This document shows, piece after piece, positions 25,459-33,405 of a stretch of DNA of 64,000 bases. The notes below the pieces were generated by a model that had not been told where the DNA came from, did no database searches, and saw only the letters and a list, made by a program, of their open reading frames with translations. Source of the DNA: an uncultured Methanosarcinales archaeon (lineage in GTDB: Archaea > Nanobdellota > Nanobdellia > Woesearchaeales > ARS49). Location of the stretch: positions 1,858-65,857 of the forward strand of contig CAYGVI010000005.1 in the NCBI GenBank assembly GCA_964353335.1. Reading direction: 5' to 3'. The first letter of the stretch is position 1. Every line of letters starts with the position of its first letter. A program made the position numbers and the translations under genes.

Positions 25459-26286
25459 TCACCTTCCCTCTATTACGCGCCTCATTGTGTTAACAAAGTC
25501 CTTTGCAAGGGCTGCGTATTCGTCAAACTTCTTTCCCGGAATGTCCCTGATTTCCCTGTGGGTTATCTGCTTGCTCAACTCATAGAAGAATTTCATTATG
25601 TCAGCATATCTCTTTGCGACCAGCCCTGGGCGGACAAGCTTTTGGTATATCAGGTCTGAAACATGAGCCGGGCTTGGTGGAACCTCGCCCATCTTCATAA
25701 GTGCGGCGTGCGCAGCGTCGACAACAGCCCAGTAAAGGTCAAGTGTGCCCTGCAGAACGTGCCATTCTGCGTTTGCCAGTGTTGCAGGCGCCCTTGCGTA
25801 GTAATTCCAGACGCTTTCTTTTGTCGGCCTGATTCTTCCCTGGAACAAAAGCATCTGTAATGGCTCAAATATCCCCACATCCTGCAGCGGCACTCCGTCC
25901 CTCAGCATGTTAATCGCTATCGGGTCGCCATTGCGCATGTATTCCCAGAAGCTCGTGAGTTTCATTGTGGTTATGTGCAGCCGCTTGCTCACTTTCGAGG
26001 CTGTTGTTTCTGTTATAACGCGGTATGCCTCCACAACTTCAGGGGACATTATCATCGTGAGGTCATTGACTATCGCGAGAACGTCAATGTCGTGCTCGTG
26101 CATCCCCCTCTCGGGCTTTGCCTTGCGCTCTGCATCCCTTGCCGCGCTGCCGAAAAGAACAATTGCCTTCACGAAATCGCCAAGCTCCCGCTTCAGCGCT
26201 GCAGCGAACTTTTCCGCAAGCTGGTAATCGCCTGTCGCATAGCGCGGAACGTTAGGGTGTCTCCTCTGCTTGACTTTGAATTCCAT
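25459..26286 (-). CDS. fused minimal nucleotidyltransferase (Pol-beta fold) plus C-terminal helical HEPN/KNTase_C-like domain
   Basis: LFGSAARD...HDIDVLAIVND matches the GS-x(n)-DxD NTase motif. The C-terminal half is helical (YWAVVDAAHAALMK). The ATG at 26286 sits at leaderless distance from a TATA box. Confidence 0.7.
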   Translation of the reverse strand: MEFKVKQRRHPNVPRYATGDYQLAEKFAAALKRELGDFVKAIVLFGSAARDAERKAKPERGMHEHDIDVLAIVNDLTMIMSPEVVEAYRVITETTASKVSKRLHITTMKLTSFWEYMRNGDPIAINMLRDGVPLQDVGIFEPLQMLLFQGRIRPTKESVWNYYARAPATLANAEWHVLQGTLDLYWAVVDAAHAALMKMGEVPPSPAHVSDLIYQKLVRPGLVAKRYADIMKFFYELSKQITHREIRDIPGKKFDEYAALAKDFVNTMRRVIEGR

Positions 26287-26308
26287 AGTGGTAACACCGC
26301 TTTTGTGC

Positions 26309-26317
26309 GTATATAAG
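26309..26317 (-). promoter_or_regulatory. TATA box for 25459..26286
   Basis: The minus strand reads cttatatac, about 23 nt upstream of the ATG at 26286. Confidence 0.45.
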
Positions 26318-26410
26318 ATTTGTTTACTATTTGAGAATGAAGATATTCGCTTAATCATAAGTGTTGAAGAAGCGAAAACAATAAAAACAAGCTGGCAAAA
26401 AGCGTGCTTG

Positions 26411-26953
26411 ATGAAAAAAGAGGGGTTGTTTGCAAAACCCGCAGGTTTTCGCAAGCTCACCGAAACCGCAGTTTCGGGGTTGCACTATCTTGCTTATTTG
26501 CTGACTCTTGACCCTGCTGAGGAAATCCGCGGCGCTGTTGAGGATGCGCGCAGCAAAAACTGGCAGGAACTGCCTTCAATTGACAAAATTCTTGAGGAAG
26601 CGCCCGCGTCAGAGATTGAAGCAGCTGTTGAGCAAGCCCCTGTTGTCTACAAGGGCAATGAGGCATCTTACAGGATTGATGCTGCGCCAGTGCAGGAGAA
26701 TTACAAGGACTCAGGATACAAGGCGCCTTCTGATAACGATGATGACGCAGAGGTTTCTTACTCTTCTGAGCAGGAAACCGCAAAGGTTTACGATCAGGAG
26801 CTTGATGCCCAGATGTTTGCAAATGTCTGGAAGCAGGAATTCAAGCCGATTTACGCTACAGCTGAAATGGCAGAGCGCATGGAAAACTACAAGCTTTCAA
26901 TCGGGCTTGCAGCAAGCTTCCTGAACTACGCGATGAAATCAGCCACGTTCTAA
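26411..26953 (+). CDS. acidic hypothetical protein
   Basis: The track ORF starts at 26270 and would overlap the divergent gene, so I chose the first ATG clear of it, at 26411. Confidence 0.4.
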   Translation: MKKEGLFAKPAGFRKLTETAVSGLHYLAYLLTLDPAEEIRGAVEDARSKNWQELPSIDKILEEAPASEIEAAVEQAPVVYKGNEASYRIDAAPVQENYKDSGYKAPSDNDDDAEVSYSSEQETAKVYDQELDAQMFANVWKQEFKPIYATAEMAERMENYKLSIGLAASFLNYAMKSATF

Positions 26954-26986
26954 TTAGCCACCCGCCAGTGACTACATTGCATAAGC

Positions 26987-26996
26987 TTTATAAATA
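26987..26996 (+). promoter_or_regulatory. TATA box (aagc-tttataaata)
   Basis: Consensus box about 150 nt upstream of the ATG at 27147, which has GGAGGT. Implies a long leader or an unannotated small transcript. Confidence 0.35.
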
Positions 26997-27146
26997 CCGC
27001 AATAGTAAAACCACTTTAACTTAGTCATCTGGAGGAACCAGCAGCACTCCCCCACACGAGCGCATTCTGACCTCCACGATGGCTTTGTTATTTTTTTCTG
27101 CATCTTATCTGCTTAACTTTTTATTGAACCGGAGGTTATTCTCAGT

Positions 27147-27986
27147 ATGGCGACATTTTTGTGCGTTGCAGACGTTCACGAGGACGAGCAGAAGCTGGAA
27201 AAGATAGTTGGGTTCTCCAAAGGGTGTGATGCAATACTTGATGCAGGCGATGACCTTGACAGGTTTGTTAACAACGGTGACGAGTCTGCGGCAATAATAC
27301 GCAATATTTGCCGCGAGTTTAGCAACATGATTCCAAGCCAAAGGAGAACACTTGCAATGAAGGACGCGTTCAGGAAGGTTTACGAGGATAAGGCTGTGAA
27401 AATCAATGAGTATTACAGGCGCGCAGGAATTCCTGTTTTTGCAACTTTGGGCAACCATGACCCTTCTTTCATTGTGAGCAGGATGAGCGCTGTGAATTAT
27501 ATCCAAGGAAAGTACACTGAGTTTATGGGCCTGACACTTGCGGGCCTGCCTGCAACAGGCGAATTTGTAAGAATGGTTCAGGATTTCTGCCCTGAATATT
27601 ATCCGCACATTAATTGGTATGACCGGGTCGAGTCAGAAAGAACCGCAGGGGAGCCTTCAAATGCTGCAAAGAATATTCTCGGCAGCGGCAAGGTTGATAT
27701 CTTTGTCACGCACAAGGCTTTCAGGCCTGAGTTTCATTCCTGGAGCAGCAGGCCTGGCTTGCGGTCGTGTGATTACGCATACCGCAATGGCGTTGATGCA
27801 GGTGCTGTGGCTGTTGATAGGAAATTCAAGCCGCGGCTGAATGTTTTCGGCCATTATCACATGAGGGAGCCCCGCAGTGCAATGATTGAAGGCAGGATGT
27901 TTCTGGGTCCTGGCGTCAATCATGCTGTCAAAGTGGCAATGAATGACGGAATGCCTGAAATTATTGAGGCACTGAAATACACCTAA
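27147..27986 (+). CDS. calcineurin-like metallophosphoesterase
   Basis: Ordered motifs are present: DVH (CVADVHED), GDD (AGDDLDR), GNHD, a conserved H (VTHKA) and GHYH. Confidence 0.75.
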   Translation: MATFLCVADVHEDEQKLEKIVGFSKGCDAILDAGDDLDRFVNNGDESAAIIRNICREFSNMIPSQRRTLAMKDAFRKVYEDKAVKINEYYRRAGIPVFATLGNHDPSFIVSRMSAVNYIQGKYTEFMGLTLAGLPATGEFVRMVQDFCPEYYPHINWYDRVESERTAGEPSNAAKNILGSGKVDIFVTHKAFRPEFHSWSSRPGLRSCDYAYRNGVDAGAVAVDRKFKPRLNVFGHYHMREPRSAMIEGRMFLGPGVNHAVKVAMNDGMPEIIEALKYT

Positions 27987-28031
27987 AGGTTTAAATATAA
28001 TCAGTTACTGTTTTCTCACGGGGTGAGTTTT

Positions 28032-28658
28032 ATGAACAAAATATTATGGACATTATTGGTTTTATCAGTTCTGTTTGTGGTTGGCTGCCAGCCAGCGGCA
28101 CAGCCTGCTGCTCCAGCGCCAGCTGCTCCGGCAGCGCCAGCGGCACCTGCGGCACAGCCTGCAGCGCCAGTTGAAACAGCGCCTGCAGCGCCGGCAGAGG
28201 TTCCGCCAGCGCCATTGGAGAATGCGCCTGCTCCTGTTGAGACAGGAATAGACCTTTCGCAAAGGTGCTTTGAGCTGTTGTCTGCAGACGAATTCAAGGA
28301 AATCTGCGCAAATGACGGCAACATCATCGTGACTCCCAAGATAACAAAGGGAGACTGCTGGGTTCCTGTTGTTGACCAGTTAAACACCAAGCTTACTGGT
28401 GGATTTGAAGTTGTCAACATGCACACTGCCAAGGACGCAAACCGCGAATTTGACCGCGGCGTGACAATGCGCAGGACACAGGGAGCTGTTGAAGGAAAGG
28501 AAGTTGGAGAGCGCAGCTACCAGTACGCAGAGCTTAACAGGCACAACATCGCGTGGGTGCAGAACGAGTTCCTTGCGCACATAGGCACAATGGACACACT
28601 TTGCCCGCCTGAGAACCTTGTTGCGCTTGCAGAGAAGATGAATTCAAGGATGCAGTAA
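28032..28658 (+). CDS. lipoprotein with a Pro/Ala-rich linker
   Basis: MNKILWTLLVLSVLFVVGCQP is signal and lipobox-like, followed by an (AAPAP)n linker. The track ORF starts at a GTG at 28023. Confidence 0.6.
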   Translation: MNKILWTLLVLSVLFVVGCQPAAQPAAPAPAAPAAPAAPAAQPAAPVETAPAAPAEVPPAPLENAPAPVETGIDLSQRCFELLSADEFKEICANDGNIIVTPKITKGDCWVPVVDQLNTKLTGGFEVVNMHTAKDANREFDRGVTMRRTQGAVEGKEVGERSYQYAELNRHNIAWVQNEFLAHIGTMDTLCPPENLVALAEKMNSRMQ

Positions 28659-28669
28659 ATGCGCCTTGA

Positions 28670-28693
28670 TTTTTTTATTTTTTTATTTTTATT
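28670..28693. terminator. bidirectional oligo-T/A terminator between convergent genes
   Basis: tttttttatttttttatttttatt lies between the stop at 28658 (+) and the stop at 28689 (-). Confidence 0.4.
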
Positions 28694-30533
28694 CCAGCGG
28701 CACTTCTGACCAGAGCTTGAACTCATTGCTTGGGGCGTAAGCGCCGAACATGAACTGTGGCGAGTATGTTTTTCCGAAATAATTTTGCTGGACATCTCCC
28801 CAGCGCCTCACAGGAACCCCTCCGCCTGCACCATAGCCTGACGCCAAAGGCGCGTTGAAGTGCTGCCAGGTCTTGAGCCCCATTCTTCCCTCGCCAAACT
28901 TCTCCTCCTCGTGGCCTTCAGCTGTCACATAGCCATTGAAGCCGCCTTTCAGCTTCAGCAGTTCAACAGCATCCTTTACCGGAAGTATTCCCTGGCCTGC
29001 CGGCAGGTGTCCGTGGCCTGCGCCTGCGCTGTCAACTGCCTGTATTGCGCCGATAATCTGCTCTTTTTTGTTTATTTTAGCGAGCTCTTCCATTTCGTCC
29101 ATGTACCATTTCTTGAATTTCTTTATGCGGTCATCCCATGGAAGCTCTGGGTGGAAGTTCTGCAGCCACATTCCGACGTGTGAAGTGTCAAGCGTGCCCT
29201 TGATGTGGCGCCTTGCCTCATCATGTGCTGTTGAGCGTGCATAGCCCTGCTCAACCAGCTTGTTTTCCATCACTTTTCTTGACTCAAGTATCAGCTGTGC
29301 GAATTCCTTTGGGTGGCTTCCGAAGTATTGTGGCCATCCTGTCTCAGGGCCGACATACAGGTCTTTTTTCATGTTCTTTGGGCCGAGCTTGTCCTGCATC
29401 TGCATTGCCGTGATGCCTGCCTCTGCGTATGATTCCTCGCTCTTGCCAAGCACGTATTCATCCATAGGAGTCCAGCTTTCAATGCGCTGCCTCATCTGCT
29501 CCTGCACCCTCTTTTGCTCGCCGACTCCTGACTTGAAGTATTCTTTCATCTGCTCAATTTGCCTCTTTCTGTCTTCCAGCGGTTTTATTTGACTTTCAGG
29601 CGCGCCTTTCTCGCGTGCCTGTTCAATCCTCTTCTTTATGTCTTCGACTGCGTCGAGAGAGTCATCATACTGCCGTAGGTAATATGCTGTCTGCGCTTTT
29701 GCCATTTCAAGCTGTTCGCCGAGGAAATGGTCTTTTACCAGCGTTGTGATTGGCTTTTTTTCCTTTTGCGCCCACCTTTCAAAATCCTCATAATACCAGA
29801 CATCAGGCTTTGCGTCAGGGTCTGCTGCCTCAATTTTTTCAAAAGTTTCTTTATTAACGAACATCGGGATTCCGTCGCGGATAGGGATTGTTCCGATTTG
29901 GCCTGAGCGCCTGTCAACAAACCTGATTTCCTCTTTCTGCCTGTCCATTTCAGCGAGCTTCTTGAATGCCTTTGCCTCGGATGAGTCCTTGTCCCACCAA
30001 TTTGCCCTGTGCACAGGCCTGTCATATTCCCAGCTTAGAATGTCAACTCCTCCGCCCTGTCCGACATCTGCTGCGAACTTTATCATTTCCTTGACTTCAT
30101 CAAGGTCTCTTTGCCGCTTTTCCTCGTCTACAATGCCCCTTTGCTGGTCCCATCCTGAAAGGTTTGACAGCGAGGTCGGCATTTCCATTCCTGTGACCAT
30201 AACCTCGTTTGCCATGGCGACTTCCTTGATTGCCCTTCTTACTTCCTCGCCGTATGCCTTTGGCCTTCCGCCGATTGGTGATTCAATAGGCGTCTGGAAG
30301 ACTATTTGCAGGTTGCCTGTTCCTCCCCTGATTGCCGCCTGCACGTTTTGGAGAATGTTCTTGAATCTGCCTGACGGGTCGTGTTCGGGGGCTGTCATGC
30401 CGAGGTGGGAAATCGGGATTATCGGTTCTTCAATTGCCGCGGTTGGCCTTGCCGGCTCTAACTCAATCTGTTCATGGTAGCCGCGGTCCATCGGCGTGTA
30501 GTACTCTGTCTTGAACTCAGCCATAGTATACAA
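28689..30533 (-). CDS. xylose-isomerase-like TIM-barrel protein with a large coiled-coil insertion
   Basis: GTLDTSHVGMW and AGHGHLPAGQGILPVKDAVELLK...GYVTAEGHEEE resemble the metal-binding DT-x-H and H-x-x-G-x-G-x-I-D strands of AP_endonuc_2 barrels. Residues of about 200-450 are charged and helical. Confidence 0.5.
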   Translation of the reverse strand: MYTMAEFKTEYYTPMDRGYHEQIELEPARPTAAIEEPIIPISHLGMTAPEHDPSGRFKNILQNVQAAIRGGTGNLQIVFQTPIESPIGGRPKAYGEEVRRAIKEVAMANEVMVTGMEMPTSLSNLSGWDQQRGIVDEEKRQRDLDEVKEMIKFAADVGQGGGVDILSWEYDRPVHRANWWDKDSSEAKAFKKLAEMDRQKEEIRFVDRRSGQIGTIPIRDGIPMFVNKETFEKIEAADPDAKPDVWYYEDFERWAQKEKKPITTLVKDHFLGEQLEMAKAQTAYYLRQYDDSLDAVEDIKKRIEQAREKGAPESQIKPLEDRKRQIEQMKEYFKSGVGEQKRVQEQMRQRIESWTPMDEYVLGKSEESYAEAGITAMQMQDKLGPKNMKKDLYVGPETGWPQYFGSHPKEFAQLILESRKVMENKLVEQGYARSTAHDEARRHIKGTLDTSHVGMWLQNFHPELPWDDRIKKFKKWYMDEMEELAKINKKEQIIGAIQAVDSAGAGHGHLPAGQGILPVKDAVELLKLKGGFNGYVTAEGHEEEKFGEGRMGLKTWQHFNAPLASGYGAGGGVPVRRWGDVQQNYFGKTYSPQFMFGAYAPSNEFKLWSEVPLE

Positions 30534-30556
30534 AAAGGTATATTGAGTTTATAATA

Positions 30557-31162
30557 TTATTGGTTGCGGTAGAACTGCTTTGCCCCTGTGGTGTACATTA
30601 TTGCCTTTTCAGCTGCGGTGAGGAGGTGTTCTGCCTTTCTTCCTGGCTGGTATTCGCCTTCCCTGATTGCCTCTTCCTTTTCATGCAATGCTTCCCTGAA
30701 CTGCTCAAGCCTTTCCTGCTGATAGCTTGACATCAGCCCTGTTGTCCTGATTTCATCCCTTATCTTGTTAACCCTCTCGTAAATGTTTTCAACAGGCTGC
30801 TGGGCAAGCCTTGAGATGTATGCCTGCTGTTCCAAAGATGTTGGAGGCGTCTTTGGGCCTTCCTGCTCTGCAATCTGCTCAAGCTCCCTGCCCTGCTTCT
30901 TTTTTTCAGGCTCAAAGAGCTTTTCAACATTGACTTCTTTTATCTTCGGCGCCTCTGCCTGCATTTCCTCAAGCACCTGAAGCTCTTCCTCTGCATCTTT
31001 CAGGAAATCCTGCGCGTCCCTGATTTCATCCTGGCTTGTTGAGATTTCCTTTTCGCGCTCCTTGATGAACTCATCGAGCTTTTCCTGCAGCTCCCTTAAT
31101 GTTTTTATGCGCCTGTCAGGAGCCATTTTCCTTATTTTGTCAAAGTCAATGTTTTCCATCAT
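30557..31162 (-). CDS. acidic coiled-coil protein, 201 aa
   Basis: E/K/Q-rich. 24 nt upstream of the TIM-barrel gene on the same strand. Confidence 0.5.
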   Translation of the reverse strand: MMENIDFDKIRKMAPDRRIKTLRELQEKLDEFIKEREKEISTSQDEIRDAQDFLKDAEEELQVLEEMQAEAPKIKEVNVEKLFEPEKKKQGRELEQIAEQEGPKTPPTSLEQQAYISRLAQQPVENIYERVNKIRDEIRTTGLMSSYQQERLEQFREALHEKEEAIREGEYQPGRKAEHLLTAAEKAIMYTTGAKQFYRNQ

Positions 31163-31193
31163 AGAAGTACAACTGCTGCTTTGTATTTAAGCG

Positions 31194-32822
31194 TTAGCCC
31201 TGCTTAACAGGGGCATCCTTCGGGGCAAAGTAGTTCAGCATCTGGTCAAGCTGGCTCAATAATGCCATTTCATCACTCGGAGCCTGTTCCTGATGCACAA
31301 TGTCATCCATTTCTCTCGCAGCAATCTCAATTATCGTGTGAATCTTCCGGTTCTTGTCATCAATCCTTGAGTATGCGTTCTTTACTCCGCCAACAAGCCT
31401 TGCAAGCAACTCATACATTTCCTGCTTTTGCTGTGCGATCTCTTCGCGCGATTTGGCAAGCTCTTCGCGCGATTTGCCCGATTCTGCAGCCTGTTTTGAT
31501 AAGTCTGAATTCTGTCTTGAGAACTCAACTGTGTTTTTAACATACTCTTTCTGGCCGTCTGAGAGAAGCTTTTCGCGCCTCTCAAGCTCTGCGTATTTTC
31601 CTGCCAAATCTTTGTATTTCGCTCCAACATCCTCTTCGCGCGTTGTGAGCTTGGTATTGTCCTGCTCGTATGCCGCAACCATCTGGTCCAATGCAGCCCT
31701 GTCCTGTTGCAGCTCTTTGCTCTTGGCGTCAAGAGTCATTGCAAGCTCGTCAAGCGCGTTCTTTTGCGCAGGGTCAGCTGCAGGTGCTGCTGCGAGAGTT
31801 TCACGTTCTTTTGCAATTGCCTCGCGTTCTGCTGCAATCTTCTTGTATTCCCCTTCTATTGCCTGCTGTTCCACTGCAAGCGTTTCATGCTCGCGCTTTA
31901 CTTCCTCAATTCCCATCCTTGCAATCCTTTCTGCGTCGCTGGCATCTGAAAGCTTTTGCTCTGCTTCTGTGAAAGCTTTCTGAATAATTTGTTCCTGTTT
32001 TGTTACGTGGTCAATGCGTTCCTGAAGGCTCGCGCTTTGCGCCTGAAGGCTATCGCTTTGCGCCTTAAGAGCTGCCTTTACCGCGTCAATCTCTTCCTGC
32101 TGTTGCGTAAGCTTGCGGTATGAATCTGCGCCAGGTCCGTTCTGCAAATGCTGTATTTTTGTGTCAGCGCCTTCTGCCTTTGCCTTGTAATCAGCTGCAT
32201 GAGCAAGGAATGTTTTTATCGCCTCGTATAACTTGTGGTGATCAGCGAGTCTCTTTGCAACAATATCGCGGTATTGCTCGTTCTCCTTGATTGCCTCAGG
32301 AAGGACAAGGTTCCAGTCTGGCTTGCTCCTGAATTGTTCAAGCACAATTGTTTCCACTGATTCTTTAACAGTAGTATAAAACATGTCAAGCGCGGTAATA
32401 GGATTTAACACTTTTGTCGAGGACGGTGTCGGCGCCGCAGAAATCCTTTGTGATGCAGACGGCGGAAGAGCTGCCGGCTTCGGGATTACGCCTGACGGCC
32501 TTGGAATTGAAGGAGGAGTTGGAGCTGGCTTTGGCGGCATTGCAATTCTTTGTGATGCAGGCTTTGCTGATGGTTCTGGCATTGCAATTCTTTGCGATGC
32601 TTTCTTTTTTTCATCTGCCCGTGTCTTTTCAGCATCAAGCATTTTGTCAACAAGCGGATTACCGTGGGTATCGTCTGCTCTGAGAACTACAGTCTTGCTC
32701 GGATCGTCAGAAAACTGTGCAGGAGCAGCTAATTCAGTTGGCAAAGCATGTTTTGGCTGAGCTGGCTTTGCCTGAACGGGTTTGCCCTGCGGTCTTTTTG
32801 GTGTGTCCGCCATTGTCTTCAC
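31194..32822 (-). CDS. Pro-rich N-terminus plus a long coiled-coil protein, 542 aa
   Basis: GTG start at 32822, with an alternative ATG at 32813. Triple ASQRI(A/S) repeat. About 300 aa of heptad-like A/E/K/Q sequence. Confidence 0.55.
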   Translation of the reverse strand: MKTMADTPKRPQGKPVQAKPAQPKHALPTELAAPAQFSDDPSKTVVLRADDTHGNPLVDKMLDAEKTRADEKKKASQRIAMPEPSAKPASQRIAMPPKPAPTPPSIPRPSGVIPKPAALPPSASQRISAAPTPSSTKVLNPITALDMFYTTVKESVETIVLEQFRSKPDWNLVLPEAIKENEQYRDIVAKRLADHHKLYEAIKTFLAHAADYKAKAEGADTKIQHLQNGPGADSYRKLTQQQEEIDAVKAALKAQSDSLQAQSASLQERIDHVTKQEQIIQKAFTEAEQKLSDASDAERIARMGIEEVKREHETLAVEQQAIEGEYKKIAAEREAIAKERETLAAAPAADPAQKNALDELAMTLDAKSKELQQDRAALDQMVAAYEQDNTKLTTREEDVGAKYKDLAGKYAELERREKLLSDGQKEYVKNTVEFSRQNSDLSKQAAESGKSREELAKSREEIAQQKQEMYELLARLVGGVKNAYSRIDDKNRKIHTIIEIAAREMDDIVHQEQAPSDEMALLSQLDQMLNYFAPKDAPVKQG

Positions 32823-32913
32823 TATGCTTATTGATAACCTTCAGAACCCACACTTTCTGTATAGCCCTCCTACTATTTTGGGCTTTATAAAGTTTCGTAT
32901 TCGCTGAGAACAA

Positions 32914-33087
32914 TCATCGTTTCTGTGTGCTGTCCTGCTCATCTGCCAAAGGCTGTTCGCAGACAGCGCAAATCTCTGCGTCAAGGTCGTCAAGGTACTG
33001 AGTTGTGACGCCGTGCTTTATCGGCGTCCCGCAGCTCGGGCACGCAGAATCATTTGCGTGCTTGTGCGAAAACACTCCGTTTGCCAT
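32914..33087 (-). CDS. small zinc-ribbon protein, 57 aa (below the track cutoff)
   Basis: Hand translation gives MANGVFSHKHANDSACPSCGTPIKHGVTTQYLDDLDAEICAVCEQPLADEQDSTQKR, with CPSC...CAVC. Confidence 0.4.
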   Translation of the reverse strand: MANGVFSHKHANDSACPSCGTPIKHGVTTQYLDDLDAEICAVCEQPLADEQDSTQKR

Positions 33088-33216
33088 AGGGGATATTATG
33101 GATTGGGAGCTTATATGCGTTATTCTATAAAATTTATAAAACGAGAAAACGACTACAAGTTACGGCTCCTTACAGTCGCGGTGCCAACGATAATGGAAGT
33201 TCTTTTTCTTTATTTA

Positions 33217-33360
33217 TTCCGAGCGACTTCGTGAGGCTGCGAGCAAGCGGAACCGGGTGGAGCGCAGTGAGCAGCCGAACGAGGAGCGAGTGTCTTGATG
33301 CGAGCGAAGCGAGCTAATTGGAGTCTTCTGCTTTGAATGAAGTCTGTGCGCGTTATTTGG
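33217..33360. repeat. intergenic element, copy 2 of the TTCCGAGC...GCGTTATTTGG family
   Basis: Same ordered blocks and same orientation as 9617-9721. It carries extra internal sequence, including gagcgaagcgag, which also occurs at 40476-40487. Confidence 0.5.
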
Positions 33361-33405
33361 GGTCTGCGTTATTTAATGAACGTTATCGAATGCAAAATGT
33401 AGAAA

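Noticed and set aside
26287-26460. N-terminal extension of track ORF 25459..26460
   Set aside because: The extension precedes a consensus TATA box that sits at leaderless distance from the ATG at 26286. The NTase domain begins right after that ATG.
27147-27986. Metallophosphoesterase as the missing Mre11 partner of Rad50
   Set aside because: It has the generic calcineurin-like motifs, but it is only 279 aa, lies 14 kb from rad50 on the opposite strand, and lacks an obvious Mre11 capping or Rad50-binding region. The sequence alone cannot support calling it Mre11.
28016-28432. Minus-strand ORFs opposite the Pro/Ala-rich lipoprotein gene
   Set aside because: These are GC-rich repeat shadows (AGAAG-type). 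The plus-strand gene has a signal peptide and lipobox.
31354-31983. 209-aa plus-strand ORF, and similar ORFs at 11703-12835
   Set aside because: They are antisense shadows of long coiled-coil genes (31194..32822 and rad50), with low-complexity Ser/Ala/Cys/Phe composition.
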